Source: Candidatus Multivoradales bacterium (GTDB lineage Bacteria > Acidobacteriota > Thermoanaerobaculia > Multivoradales > JAHEKO01). Taken from it: a stretch of DNA of 64,000 nucleotides. The translations under genes were made by a program, and so were the position numbers. The stretch covers positions 416,001 through 480,000 of the forward strand of contig CBDCVR010000015.1 in assembly GCA_965223155.1 (NCBI GenBank), given 5' to 3'. Position 1 is the first letter of the stretch. Each line of letters starts with the position of its first letter. Under the pieces are notes generated by a model, which was not told where the DNA came from, made no database searches, and saw nothing but the letters and a program-made list of their open reading frames with translations. Of this stretch, positions 29,941 to 39,390 are shown piece by piece.

Positions 29941-31568
29941 GCCGATCCCCAACCGGAGGGAACCGGAACCGAGCCGGCGTTCTGACCCGCTTCGCGGGCC
30001 CGGACCGGGGCTCGACCTGGTACCGGACCGGGTTTCTGGCATGGGTCCTCACACTGGCCGCGGCGCCTGTCGCGGCCGCTGGGCCGGGCCGTTGCCCCAC
30101 TCCCGAGCCAGGCGCCCCAGATGTCGGGCAAGAAGCGCCACGGGCGCCGGAGAAGGACCGTCCGGAGCCGACGTATCCCTGGGTTCCCGGCCGGCCCTGC
30201 CTAGGCAACGACTGCGGCAGCCGTCTGGTGGATCTGGAGTTCGAGCTCGAAGTGCCGACCGAGGAGACCGAAACCCGGCTCCGGGCCCTGGTGCGCGATC
30301 GCCTCTACCTGAGCCTCGATCGGGCTCCGGGCCGGCGTGGCGCCTCTCTCATGACCGCGCGCTGGCACCTGGCCTGGACCGACGCCGACCGAGCCGATTT
30401 CGCCACCGCCTCCTACCGCGCCGGCCGCGTCCGCCTCGCGGCCCGGGCCACCCGGTTCGGCACGACGGGGAATGCCCGACCGAGCTGGGTTTCGCCGGCG
30501 CGGTCCGGCACCAAGGCGGGCTGGGGAACCGGGGCCGAGCTGGCGTGGAGGTTGAGCCCGGATCTGGAGCTTCTCTTCGACGTCTCCGACGACGAGCCCG
30601 ACCCGCTCTCGGATTCCGCCGAAGCGCTCGCCTCCAGGGCGTCGGGTGGGGGCATCGGCTTCGCCTGGCAGCGGGGGGCGAGCTTCGACCTCGAAGGGCG
30701 CTTGAGCCGGCACCGGGTTCGGACTCAAGCCGGATTCGTCTTGGACCGGGAGGACCTCGGCCTCGCGGCCCGGCTTCAGCGCCGGCGCTGGTATCTCGCT
30801 GGAGACGCTGGACTCGAATCGGTGGAAGGCCGGCTCCGGCGGCGGCAGGCCCGGATCGGCGCCGCGCTGGAGCACCGCGTCACCACCTACCTCGTCGCCG
30901 GAGCCGAGCTTCGCGGTTGGCACGACCTCGACCTCGGCACGGTCGAGCGCGCCATGGGGATGCGTCTCGTCCTCCACGCCCGGCCCTTCCGCTTCGCCCG
31001 GGGCGGCGAAGCCGCCGAGGCCACCACCGGGCTGGCGCGCGAGGCCTACAGGCTGGGGTTCAACGAGCGGCGGCGGCACGATCTGGAAGGGCGCCGGCTG
31101 CTGCGCGAACGGCTCTTGCTCGCCGCCCAGGCCTCCGGCTCTGCCGAGCTCAGCCGGCTTTCCCGAGAGCTCTACCGCGCTCAGGTCGCGGAGCGCAACG
31201 TCGAGATCGCCGGTCTGGCCTGGCGCCTCCACGCCGACAGGATCCAGGGCGGCAGGAGCTGGACGGTGGAAGGCTTCGTCGCGGTTCCGTGGATCGGCAG
31301 AACCCGTCCGGACGGGGCGGACCGGCGGCGGTTGCGGCACCCCGAGGCGGTCGACTTTCTGCGTCTCACGGTCGCTCGCACCCGGCGCCACATCTCGGCC
31401 GGCCTCACGACCGAAGGCACCAGCGCTCGACTCGCTCTGGCGCTCCACCGCGAGCTGGCGCTGACGCTGGATTGGGAGGAGCCGGCGCTTGCCGGCGTCG
31501 ATCTCGCCTTCGGCGCCGAGAGCTCAAGGCGGCTCTCGATCGGAGCCGTCTACCGGCAGGGGATCTGA
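29937..31568 (+). CDS. Hypothetical exported protein, possible beta-barrel
   Basis: Signal-like segment; alternating amphipathic strands; GTGA overlap with the upstream stop. Confidence 0.55.
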   Translation: MSRSPTGGNRNRAGVLTRFAGPDRGSTWYRTGFLAWVLTLAAAPVAAAGPGRCPTPEPGAPDVGQEAPRAPEKDRPEPTYPWVPGRPCLGNDCGSRLVDLEFELEVPTEETETRLRALVRDRLYLSLDRAPGRRGASLMTARWHLAWTDADRADFATASYRAGRVRLAARATRFGTTGNARPSWVSPARSGTKAGWGTGAELAWRLSPDLELLFDVSDDEPDPLSDSAEALASRASGGGIGFAWQRGASFDLEGRLSRHRVRTQAGFVLDREDLGLAARLQRRRWYLAGDAGLESVEGRLRRRQARIGAALEHRVTTYLVAGAELRGWHDLDLGTVERAMGMRLVLHARPFRFARGGEAAEATTGLAREAYRLGFNERRRHDLEGRRLLRERLLLAAQASGSAELSRLSRELYRAQVAERNVEIAGLAWRLHADRIQGGRSWTVEGFVAVPWIGRTRPDGADRRRLRHPEAVDFLRLTVARTRRHISAGLTTEGTSARLALALHRELALTLDWEEPALAGVDLAFGAESSRRLSIGAVYRQGI

Positions 31569-31616
31569 CGCCGATAAGCCCCCAAGAGGCCGGGCGCAGC
31601 TGGCCTCTTCCGCCGC

Positions 31617-32465
31617 CTAGCCGTCCGGCCGTTCCCAGGTCTCGCTGCTGTCGTCGAAGGCGGGCAAGTTGATTTCCTGGCCCATGCGCGAGCGCACCCC
31701 GTACTCCCAGAGGCGGGCATACTTCAGAAACACCGCGGTCGCCTGGAGCCCGCAAACCACGAGCCCGTGGAGCCCGTCCAAGAAGCCCAACTGAAGAAAG
31801 TAGGTGCGCAGGAAGCGCCAGAGCGGGCGCGCCCCGATCTCGAGCAAGCCGGCGCTGCGCCCTTCCCGGAAGCCCTGGGCCGCGCCCCACTCGGCGTAGT
31901 TGAGCGTCTTCTGAAAGTACTGCTCGAACGAGCGGTAGGTGAAGTGCTCGAGCGACGACTTGAGGGTCGGCACCGGCCCTTCGATGTCCAGATCCGCGTG
32001 CACCCGCCGGTTGGGATACCGGCCCTTGGCCCGATCGAAGAGCCGGATGACCTTGTCCGTCGACCAGCCGGAGTGCCGGATGACCTTGTCCAGCATCACG
32101 TTCTCGCGCCGGATGTAGTAGCCGTTGAACTGCCGGGGCCGTTCCAGCAAGGTCCGGATCTCCTGGGCGAGCTCCTCGGTCACCCGCTCGTCGGCATCCA
32201 GGATGAGCACCCACTGGTGGGCCACCCGATCCAGCGACCAGTTCTTCTGCGCCGCCGAACCAAAGTATTCGCGCTGCAGAAGCGTGACCGGGTACTGCTT
32301 GACGATCTCCACTGTCCGATCGGTGGAGTAGGAATCCACCACCAGGATCTCGTCCGCCCACAGCACGGACTCGATGCACGCCGCGATGTTCGCGTCTTCG
32401 TTGAAGGTGGTGATTACCACCGAAAGCGGGCGCGGCTCGACCGGTTCCTGCTTCTTAGGCGACAT
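31617..32465 (-). CDS. Glycosyltransferase family 2 (WaaE/KdtX-like)
   Basis: LSVVITTFNE, VVDSYSTDRT, WVLILDADE, GFLDGLHG. Confidence 0.93.
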   Translation of the reverse strand: MSPKKQEPVEPRPLSVVITTFNEDANIAACIESVLWADEILVVDSYSTDRTVEIVKQYPVTLLQREYFGSAAQKNWSLDRVAHQWVLILDADERVTEELAQEIRTLLERPRQFNGYYIRRENVMLDKVIRHSGWSTDKVIRLFDRAKGRYPNRRVHADLDIEGPVPTLKSSLEHFTYRSFEQYFQKTLNYAEWGAAQGFREGRSAGLLEIGARPLWRFLRTYFLQLGFLDGLHGLVVCGLQATAVFLKYARLWEYGVRSRMGQEINLPAFDDSSETWERPDG

Positions 32466-33237
32466 GCACCATGATCCTTTCTATCGCTTCCGCGCGGCCG
32501 GTGGCCTCGTCCACGGTCACGACACAGCCGGCCACGCGCACGTCCCTCTTGGCGATGTCGAAGGGAGTCGGCGTTTGCATGAGGAACCGCTCGATGATCT
32601 TGTCCCGGCGCACGCCGATCACCGACTCATAGGGACCGGTCATGCCGGCGTCGGTTTGAAAGGCGGTGCCCTCGGGCAAGATGCGCTCGTCGGCCGTCGG
32701 GATATGGGTGTGGGTCCCGACAACCGCGCTGACCCGGCCGTCGAGATAGAACCCGAAGGCCTGCTTCTCGCTGGTGGCCTCGGCGTGGAAGTCCACGAAG
32801 ATGACCTGCACTTCGCCCTCGAGCGACGCCAGCAGGCGATCCGCGGTTCGGAAAGGACATTCCAGCGAGGCCATGAAGACCCGTCCCTGGAGGTTCAGGG
32901 TCGCGACCCGGATCCCGGCTGCCGTCTCGCCGACGTAGAGGCCGGAGCCCGGATTGCCTTCTGGGAAGTTAGCCGGCCGCAGCAGGCGGGGTTCCTCCTC
33001 GAGCAGATCCTTCACCTCGCGCTTGTCCCAGACGTGATTGCCGGTCGAAAAGCAGTCGATGGGGAGCTCGGCCAGCTCTTCGAATACCGCGCGCGTCACT
33101 CCGAAGCCGCCGGCCGCGTTCTCGACGTTGACGATGACGTAGTCGGCGCGGTGGCGGTCGATGAGTCCGGCAAGCTCGCCCGCCAGAGCCCGCCTGCCGG
33201 GCTTGCCCACCACGTCGCCAACAAACAGGATCTTCAT
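32455..33237 (-). CDS. ymdB: YmdB-family metallophosphoesterase (TIGR00282-like)
   Basis: [47 protein letters not shown]. Confidence 0.96.
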   Translation of the reverse strand: MKILFVGDVVGKPGRRALAGELAGLIDRHRADYVIVNVENAAGGFGVTRAVFEELAELPIDCFSTGNHVWDKREVKDLLEEEPRLLRPANFPEGNPGSGLYVGETAAGIRVATLNLQGRVFMASLECPFRTADRLLASLEGEVQVIFVDFHAEATSEKQAFGFYLDGRVSAVVGTHTHIPTADERILPEGTAFQTDAGMTGPYESVIGVRRDKIIERFLMQTPTPFDIAKRDVRVAGCVVTVDEATGRAEAIERIMVHVA

Positions 33238-34793
33238 TTTGCGTACTCGATGGACCGGGTCTCGCGGATCACCGTGACCTTGATCTGACCCGGGTAGGTG
33301 AGCTCGGATTCGACCTTCTTGGCGATGTCCCGGGACAGCCAGATGGCCTCCTCGTCGCCGATCTTCTCGCTGTCCACGATCACGCGAATCTCCCGGCCGG
33401 CTTGAATCGCGTAGCTCTTCTGCACTCCCTTGAAGCCCGAAGCCAGCTCCTCGAGCGACTCCAGCCGCTTGACGTAGGTCTCTAGAATCTCCCGGCGGGC
33501 GCCCGGCCGCGCCGCCGACAGCGCGTCGGCGGCGGTTACCAGAACCGCCTCCACGGTTTCCGGATCGTAGTCGCCGTGGTGACAGGCCATGGCATGAACG
33601 ACGTCTTCGCGCTCGCCGTGCTTGCGCAGGAGGTCGATGCCGATTTCGAGATGGGTGCCCTCCATCTCGCGGTCCACCGCCTTGCCGATGTCGTGCAGCA
33701 GGCCGGCCCGCTTGGCAACCGGCACGTTGGCCTTGAGCTCGCCCGCCATGTTCCCGGCCAGGAAGGCAACTTCCTTCGAGTGCTGGAGCACGTTCTGGCC
33801 GTACGAGGTCCGGTAGCGCAACCGGCCCAGGAGCTTCACCAGCTCCGGGTGGACGGTCGGGATGTTGAGCTCCAGCAGCGCCGCCTCGCCCTCCTGCTTG
33901 ATCTTCTCGTCGAACTCGGCCTTGACCTTGCCGACCACTTCTTCGATGCGGGCGGGATGGATGCGGCCATCGGCGACCAGCCGCTCCAGAGCGACCCGCG
34001 CCATCTCCCGGCGGTAGGGATCAAAGCCCGAGATGATGACCGCCTCGGGGGTGTCGTCCACGATCAGATCGACTCCGGTGGCGGCCTCGATGGCCCGGAT
34101 GTTCCGGCCTTCCCGCCCGATAATCCGGCCCTTCATCTCGTCGGACGGCAGCATGACCACCGAGACCGTGGTCTCGGAGACGTAGTCGGACGCCGCCCGT
34201 TGCACCGCCATGCCGACGATGCGCTGGGCCTCGGCGCTGGCCTTCTCACGAGCTTCGTCCTCGATGCGCTTGACCATGTGGGCCGCCTCCATGCGGGCTT
34301 CGGTCTCGAGCCCCTGGATCAGCTCGTCCTTGGCCTGCTGCGCCGTCAGGCCGGCCACCTGCTCCAACTTGCCGCGTTGAACAGCGACCAGCTCCTCGAG
34401 CTCAGTGTGCCGGTCTTCCACCGAACGCTCGCGCCTCGAGAGCTTCTTTTCACGCCGGCCGAACTGCTTTTCGCGCTGCCGCAGCTCCTGGCCGGTGGCT
34501 TGGAGCGTGTCTTCTTTTTGGAGGAGGCGGTTCTCGAGCTGTTCGAGCTCCTTACGCTGCTTGCGCGAGGCCTTCTCGAACTCGCCACGGGCCTGGAGGA
34601 GCTTCTCGCGGGCGGCCAGCTCGGCTTCCTTCAGCTTGGCCTCGCTGTCGCGCTCGGCCGCGTCCTGAAGGCGCTTGGCGTCTCCCTTGGCTCGAGCGAT
34701 CACTCCGCTCGCCGCCCGCCGCACGAAGAGCCACCACAGGACCGCCGTGAGGAGAATCGCGCCGCCCAGTCCGATCAGGACTTGTTCCGTCAT
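33234..34793 (-). CDS. rny: Ribonuclease Y
   Basis: N-terminal TM, coiled coil, KH domain ([14 protein letters not shown]), HD domain (LLHDIGK), [14 protein letters not shown]. Confidence 0.98.
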   Translation of the reverse strand: MTEQVLIGLGGAILLTAVLWWLFVRRAASGVIARAKGDAKRLQDAAERDSEAKLKEAELAAREKLLQARGEFEKASRKQRKELEQLENRLLQKEDTLQATGQELRQREKQFGRREKKLSRRERSVEDRHTELEELVAVQRGKLEQVAGLTAQQAKDELIQGLETEARMEAAHMVKRIEDEAREKASAEAQRIVGMAVQRAASDYVSETTVSVVMLPSDEMKGRIIGREGRNIRAIEAATGVDLIVDDTPEAVIISGFDPYRREMARVALERLVADGRIHPARIEEVVGKVKAEFDEKIKQEGEAALLELNIPTVHPELVKLLGRLRYRTSYGQNVLQHSKEVAFLAGNMAGELKANVPVAKRAGLLHDIGKAVDREMEGTHLEIGIDLLRKHGEREDVVHAMACHHGDYDPETVEAVLVTAADALSAARPGARREILETYVKRLESLEELASGFKGVQKSYAIQAGREIRVIVDSEKIGDEEAIWLSRDIAKKVESELTYPGQIKVTVIRETRSIEYAK

Positions 34794-34861
34794 GTTGCCC
34801 CCCTATCTCAGAACAGGTGGGCCGGGTAACTAGAGGAGTGGCGTTCGCCGGAAAAAACCGG

Positions 34862-35050
34862 GCATCCCCCGCGCGGCCGTGTGGGTTGCTACTTAGAACC
34901 TGATTTCCACCAGGTGGGTGTCCGCTCCCAGGGCCGTTAGCGTCCCCGTACGAGCGGGGCTGGCACAGGCCACAGGGATGAAAGACTCCCGAAAACGAAC
35001 TGTTGGTTCTACAACTGCTAAGCCCATCACGAATACCACACAGGGGATGC
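34862..35050 (-). ncRNA. ssrS: 6S RNA
   Basis: ~189 nt between zapA and rny (typical synteny); ends pair (5' GCATCCCC / 3' GGGGATGC); 6S-like elements GAACC...CCCACC...GGTTC around a central bubble. Confidence 0.88.
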
Positions 35051-35101
35051 CAAGTTCGGTGTTTTCTTCACGAAGCGAAGCGCGCTAACCGGAGTTTGCG
35101 G

Positions 35102-35398
35102 TTACGTATCAAGAGCCTTTTCGAGTTTCCTGGTCAGCGTCGCCACCCTCTCCTGGATATCTACCCGTTCCCCTTCCTGCTGCTGTCGACACCGATGCAG
35201 ATCATCGGCAAGATTGAGCGCCGCCAGGATCGCTATCTTCGCCGTGTCCACCGTGGCGACTTGCTGCGCCACTTCGCGCATGCGCCGGTCCACAACGTCG
35301 GCAACTTCCTGAAGGTGCTCCGGATTATCGTTTCCCCGGACGTGGTAGACGGTCCCGAAAATCTCGACCTGAGTTGTGGTCTGCGCTTTCGATTCCAT
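35102..35398 (-). CDS. zapA: Cell division protein ZapA
   Basis: VEIFGTVYHV...VADVVDRRMRE...KIAILAALNLADDL. Confidence 0.95.
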   Translation of the reverse strand: MESKAQTTTQVEIFGTVYHVRGNDNPEHLQEVADVVDRRMREVAQQVATVDTAKIAILAALNLADDLHRCRQQQEGERVDIQERVATLTRKLEKALDT

Positions 35399-35468
35399 AC
35401 CGACCTCGCCGGACCTAATTCTCCTCTCGAACTTTGTTACGTGTCCGAGAGCAGCCTTGGCGCGGCGA

Positions 35469-35477
35469 ACTATAGCA
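35469..35477 (-). promoter_or_regulatory. Putative extended -10 promoter (TGcTATAGT) for zapA-ssrS-rny-ymdB
   Basis: TGnTATAGT on the minus strand ~70 bp upstream of zapA in an intergenic region. Confidence 0.5.
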
Positions 35478-35540
35478 CAGCGCCATGGGCCGAAAGAGCA
35501 GTCCGGAATTGCGGAAACGCCGTCTTTCGGGGGCGCCGGA

Positions 35541-36029
35541 CTAGGACGAGACGAGGCGCCGGTAGTCGCGATTCCAGTAGATCAAGGGCTCGTCGTCGGG
35601 CCGCCCGATCCCGGAAGCCTGCACTTCACCGACGTAGACCGTGTGGGTGCCGGCGGGGAACCGATCGTGAATCGTGCAGTCCAGCCAAGCCAGGCCGTCG
35701 ACCAGAACCGGAGCCCCGGTCGCCGCCGTCGACCAGTTGCCCACGGCGAAGCGATCCTCGGTCTTGACCCAGGCGAACCGGTTGGACAGCTCGTCCTGGT
35801 CGGCGGCCAGGATGTTGACGGCAAAGGTCGCACCCTCCCGCTCCAGAAGACCGTAGGCCCGATGCCGGTGGTCGATCATGACCGCCACCAGCGGCGGCTC
35901 CGGGGACACCGAGGCAAACGCCGACACGGTAAGCCCGTGGACGTCGTCCCCGACCTTGACCGTGACGATGGTGACGCCCGAAGGAAAGTGCCGCAGGGCG
36001 TCACGGTAGGCCTCGGAGCTGACCGGCAT
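35541..36029 (-). CDS. Flavin reductase family protein
   Basis: FPSGVTIVT, GLTVSAFASVSPEPPLV, FAVNIL, AGTHTVYVGEV. Confidence 0.95.
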   Translation of the reverse strand: MPVSSEAYRDALRHFPSGVTIVTVKVGDDVHGLTVSAFASVSPEPPLVAVMIDHRHRAYGLLEREGATFAVNILAADQDELSNRFAWVKTEDRFAVGNWSTAATGAPVLVDGLAWLDCTIHDRFPAGTHTVYVGEVQASGIGRPDDEPLIYWNRDYRRLVSS

Positions 36030-36101
36030 CACCGGATCTTAGCAAGAGCTCTCCGCGTCAGAATTCGCGCTGTCAATCCGTCTCCAGGTTCGAGGGCACG
36101 C

Positions 36102-36455
36102 ATGATCGAGATCGCACCAACAGCCACACCCGCGCCGAACGCGCACAGCAAGACGGCCCCGGCCTCCTTCGGGGAGCCGGCCGGGCCGGACCGCCGCCGG
36201 AGCTCCCGGCGGCCGGCATCTTCGGCCGGCGAGCTCGTGCCCGGCACCGCGTGCCGACTGGTCAACGTCGGTCTCGGCGGAGTCGCGATCACGACCGAGT
36301 GGGCGCTCCGGGTGGGCGGGACCTACCGGCTCCGCTGGGCGAAAGGCGAGACCGAAGGCGAGGTCCGCTGGAGCCGCTTGACGGCGACCCGCCGCGGCCA
36401 GGGAGGCGACGTCGTGCCGATCTTCGTCTCGGGCATCCGGTTCGGGGCTAATTGA
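36102..36455 (+). CDS. Small PilZ-like domain protein
   Basis: DRRRSSR (RxxxR), NVGLGG, GEVRWS, GIRF; start uncertain. Confidence 0.6.
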   Translation: MIEIAPTATPAPNAHSKTAPASFGEPAGPDRRRSSRRPASSAGELVPGTACRLVNVGLGGVAITTEWALRVGGTYRLRWAKGETEGEVRWSRLTATRRGQGGDVVPIFVSGIRFGAN

Positions 36456-36504
36456 GCCAGCGGAGGCAGCGGGCCTGCGCCCAGCCTCGACGAGATGCGC
36501 GGGC

Positions 36505-38325
36505 TCAGTCGCCGGGCGCCAGATGCGCCCGATCCGAGTCGCCCATCTCGACCCCCGAGGGGAAGTACTCGCGCCAGCGGCGGGTGACCCGCTCGGCAAT
36601 CTCCTCGGCGCAGAAGAGCTCGTCCGGGAAGTCCGGCTTGCGCCGGGCGTCGATCAGGATCGGAGCCCGGTAGGCGACGTGGTTGCGCTCGATCGCGGTC
36701 GCGCGGGCGTAGACGTCGCGCGCGGGCTCGAACTTGGTGAACGTCGACCAGAGGAAGTTCATCGACGACGCCAGGGTGCGCTCGGGCTCATCGGTCAGGA
36801 CCAGGAGAGGCCAATCCGAGAAGGCCGCCGCGGCCACGATCCGCTCCGGCAGACCCGCATCGTCGGCGGCGCCGCCCACGACCAGGCAGCCGCGGCAGAA
36901 CGGCTCGGCGTGCGTCGCCCCCGCCGGCAGCTCGGCCGGAGCCAAGGCCGACGGCAGCTCGCGCACCGGGTCGCCCAAGCCCAGCCAGATGCCCTTCGAG
37001 CCCTCGTTGACCACCGGACCGGTGTAGTCCAGTGTATCCATCGCCAGATTGGCAAGGACGAACAGGTCGGTCTCGGTCCGCGTGCGCTCGAGCACGTGCT
37101 CCAGGGTCGTCCGAAAGTCGGTGAGATCCACCGGCCGATCGGTCACCAGCAGGAACTTGGTGAGGGACAGTTGACCCTCACCCAGAATGCGGAAGGCGCT
37201 GGCCATGGCCTCGCGCTTGTAGCGCTCCTGGACGACCGCGGCCGCCAGCGAGTGATAGCCGGTCTCCCCATACGACCACAGGCTCCGGACGCCCGGCATG
37301 ACCAACGGAAACAACGGCGACAGGAGCTCCTGGAGCAGATCGCCGATGTAGAAGTCCTCCTGCCTGGGCTTGCCCACCACTGTCGCCGGGTAGATGGCGC
37401 CGTCACGGTGCGCCAAGGCGTCGATCTCGAACACCGGGTAGTCGTGGCGCAGTGAATAGTAGCCGTAGTGATCCCCGAACGGTCCCTCGGGACGGCGCTC
37501 GCCCGGCGGCACCTTGCCGATCAGGGCGAACTCGGCTTCGGCCAGCAGAGGATGGGCCCCGGGGCCGGCACACAGCGGCAGCCGGCCGCCGGTCAAGAGC
37601 GAGGCCAGGAGCAACTCGGGCACGTTCTCCGGCAGCGGCGCGATCGCCGCCAGGATCGCGGCAGGCGGCCCGCCGAGAAAGACCGTCGCCGGCAGGGCTT
37701 GCCCGCGCTCTTCGGCCACCGCGTAGTGGTACCCGCCACCCTTGCCGATCTGCCAGTGCATGCCGGTGGTGCGCCGATCGTGGACGTGCAGCCGGTACAT
37801 CCCCAGGTTATGCCGCCGCCGCTCACCCTCCGCCGTGGCCGGCTCCTCGGTATAGACGAGGGGCAAGGTCACGAACGGCCCGCCGTCTTCCGGCCAGGTC
37901 GTCAGAACCGGCAGCCGGTCCAGGCGCACGTCGGTCGTGACATTGGCGGTCACCGGTCCGCGCGCACGCCGCTTGAGACCCACACGCGCGAGCTGTCCGA
38001 GAGCGCCACGCGCCTGCCACAGCCGCGCGGCGCTCGGCGGCAGCAAGGTCTCGGCCAGCTCCACCGCTTGCTGGAGGAGCTCGAAGGGGCGGCTGCCAAA
38101 GGCCATCTCCGCCCGAGACCGGGTGCCGAAGAAATTCGTGGCGCAGCGAAATCGGCTTCCCCGAACCTTGTTGAAAACCAGGGCCGGACCACCGGCGGCG
38201 ATAACGCGGCGATGGATCTCCGCGATCTCCTGATCGGCATCGACCTCGACGTCGATCTCGACCAGATCGCCACGGCGGCGAAGCTCCGCTAGAAAGCTGC
38301 CCAGGTTTGGGAAGGTGACCGCCAT
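36505..38325 (-). CDS. UbiD-family prenyl-FMN-dependent decarboxylase
   Basis: EIAEIHRR, WPEDGGPFVTLP, NLGMYR, EGPFGDHYGYY, TVVGKPRQED. Confidence 0.93.
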   Translation of the reverse strand: MAVTFPNLGSFLAELRRRGDLVEIDVEVDADQEIAEIHRRVIAAGGPALVFNKVRGSRFRCATNFFGTRSRAEMAFGSRPFELLQQAVELAETLLPPSAARLWQARGALGQLARVGLKRRARGPVTANVTTDVRLDRLPVLTTWPEDGGPFVTLPLVYTEEPATAEGERRRHNLGMYRLHVHDRRTTGMHWQIGKGGGYHYAVAEERGQALPATVFLGGPPAAILAAIAPLPENVPELLLASLLTGGRLPLCAGPGAHPLLAEAEFALIGKVPPGERRPEGPFGDHYGYYSLRHDYPVFEIDALAHRDGAIYPATVVGKPRQEDFYIGDLLQELLSPLFPLVMPGVRSLWSYGETGYHSLAAAVVQERYKREAMASAFRILGEGQLSLTKFLLVTDRPVDLTDFRTTLEHVLERTRTETDLFVLANLAMDTLDYTGPVVNEGSKGIWLGLGDPVRELPSALAPAELPAGATHAEPFCRGCLVVGGAADDAGLPERIVAAAAFSDWPLLVLTDEPERTLASSMNFLWSTFTKFEPARDVYARATAIERNHVAYRAPILIDARRKPDFPDELFCAEEIAERVTRRWREYFPSGVEMGDSDRAHLAPGD

Positions 38326-38333
38326 GGTGACGA

Positions 38334-39353
38334 CTAGCCGGCCGCGCGCTCGAGTACCGGACGTCCCTTCGCGATGCGCGAATGGATGTCGTGGTAGATG
38401 GCGAAGACCCGGGCGCGGGAGATCTTGGAGCCCGGCCCCTTGGCCTCGACCCGATCCAGCGTCGCCCAAGCCAGCTCCACCGGCAGGGCGGTAAAGGCGA
38501 TCACTCCGGGGGGTCCTCCCGCGGCCTGAATCGCCCGTGAATACTCGGCGGCCGAGCGAAGGTCGGCCCGGGCCAACGCGAACACCTCGTCCCGATCGAC
38601 CCCGGGCGGAAGGAAGTTTCGTCCCTCGTCGGCGTCCTCGACGCTGTCCTTGAGGATGTTGACGAGCTGTAGCCCCTCGCCGAACGCCGAGGCGCGCTCA
38701 CGCAGGTAGTCCGCGGCGGGCGTCAGCGCCTCGCTGCCCAGAAGAAACAAGTCCGTCAGCATCTCGCCCACGATCCCGGCAACCGCGTAGCAGTAGGCCC
38801 TCAGATCGTCCAGGTCCTCCAGGCGAAGGACGCCGCCGTCGTCGGTCTTGGTCACGAACTCGGCCATCAGACGCGTGGTCCGCCGGGTGTGCTTCCGGAT
38901 GGCCTCGGCCGCGGCCGGATCGAGGTCCAGCAGAGCTCCAAAAACCGCGGGAGTCTCCGTCAGCAACTCGAGATAGCCCGGATGCTCGGTCGGCGGCTCG
39001 GCAAGCCAGACCGCGACGCGGCTTTCGACTTCGCTCCGCGACGGCTCGGCCAGCAGGCGGTCGAACTCGTCCAGGGCCCGCAGGCGCTGCGGGCGGCGCC
39101 ACAACACGCTCGCGTCCTCGAAAGTGTCCGCGATCCGGAACAGCAGATAGGAGATCGTGACCTCGCCCCGCGTCGGGTCTGGCAACTGAGGGATGGCCAG
39201 CGCGAAGGTGCGGCTGGTCTTGACCAGGAGATCCTGGAGGCGCTCGCCCCGAGCGGTGGCAAAGAGCTCGACGGCTCGGTCTCCCCCGCTTCTTCCGTTT
39301 CCCCCGTTTCCCCTGTTTCCGAAACCTCCGGATGGTGTCGCGACGTCCTTCAT
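38334..39353 (-). CDS. Squalene synthase (single-enzyme FDFT1-type)
   Basis: TSRTF flap, YLLFRIADTFED, YCYAVAGIVG, GLQLVNILKD..ED...GRNFLP. Confidence 0.85.
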   Translation of the reverse strand: MKDVATPSGGFGNRGNGGNGRSGGDRAVELFATARGERLQDLLVKTSRTFALAIPQLPDPTRGEVTISYLLFRIADTFEDASVLWRRPQRLRALDEFDRLLAEPSRSEVESRVAVWLAEPPTEHPGYLELLTETPAVFGALLDLDPAAAEAIRKHTRRTTRLMAEFVTKTDDGGVLRLEDLDDLRAYCYAVAGIVGEMLTDLFLLGSEALTPAADYLRERASAFGEGLQLVNILKDSVEDADEGRNFLPPGVDRDEVFALARADLRSAAEYSRAIQAAGGPPGVIAFTALPVELAWATLDRVEAKGPGSKISRARVFAIYHDIHSRIAKGRPVLERAAG

Positions 39354-39390
39354 ACCCGACGCCGATCCTAGCCTGGATCGGCGCAAGCGC

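Noticed and set aside
35003-35767. 254-aa plus-strand ORF
   Set aside because: Antisense to 6S RNA, zapA and the flavin reductase
35541-36029. Flavin reductase as FMNH2 supplier for IDI2/UbiD
   Set aside because: Separated by an opposite-strand gene and has its own promoter candidate; no positive evidence
39290-39325. Short 9-bp repeats at the SQS N-terminus (also repeats in the shc N-terminus and AP C-terminus)
   Set aside because: Low-complexity linker coding (GNG, GTT/GTA, GLG), not arrays
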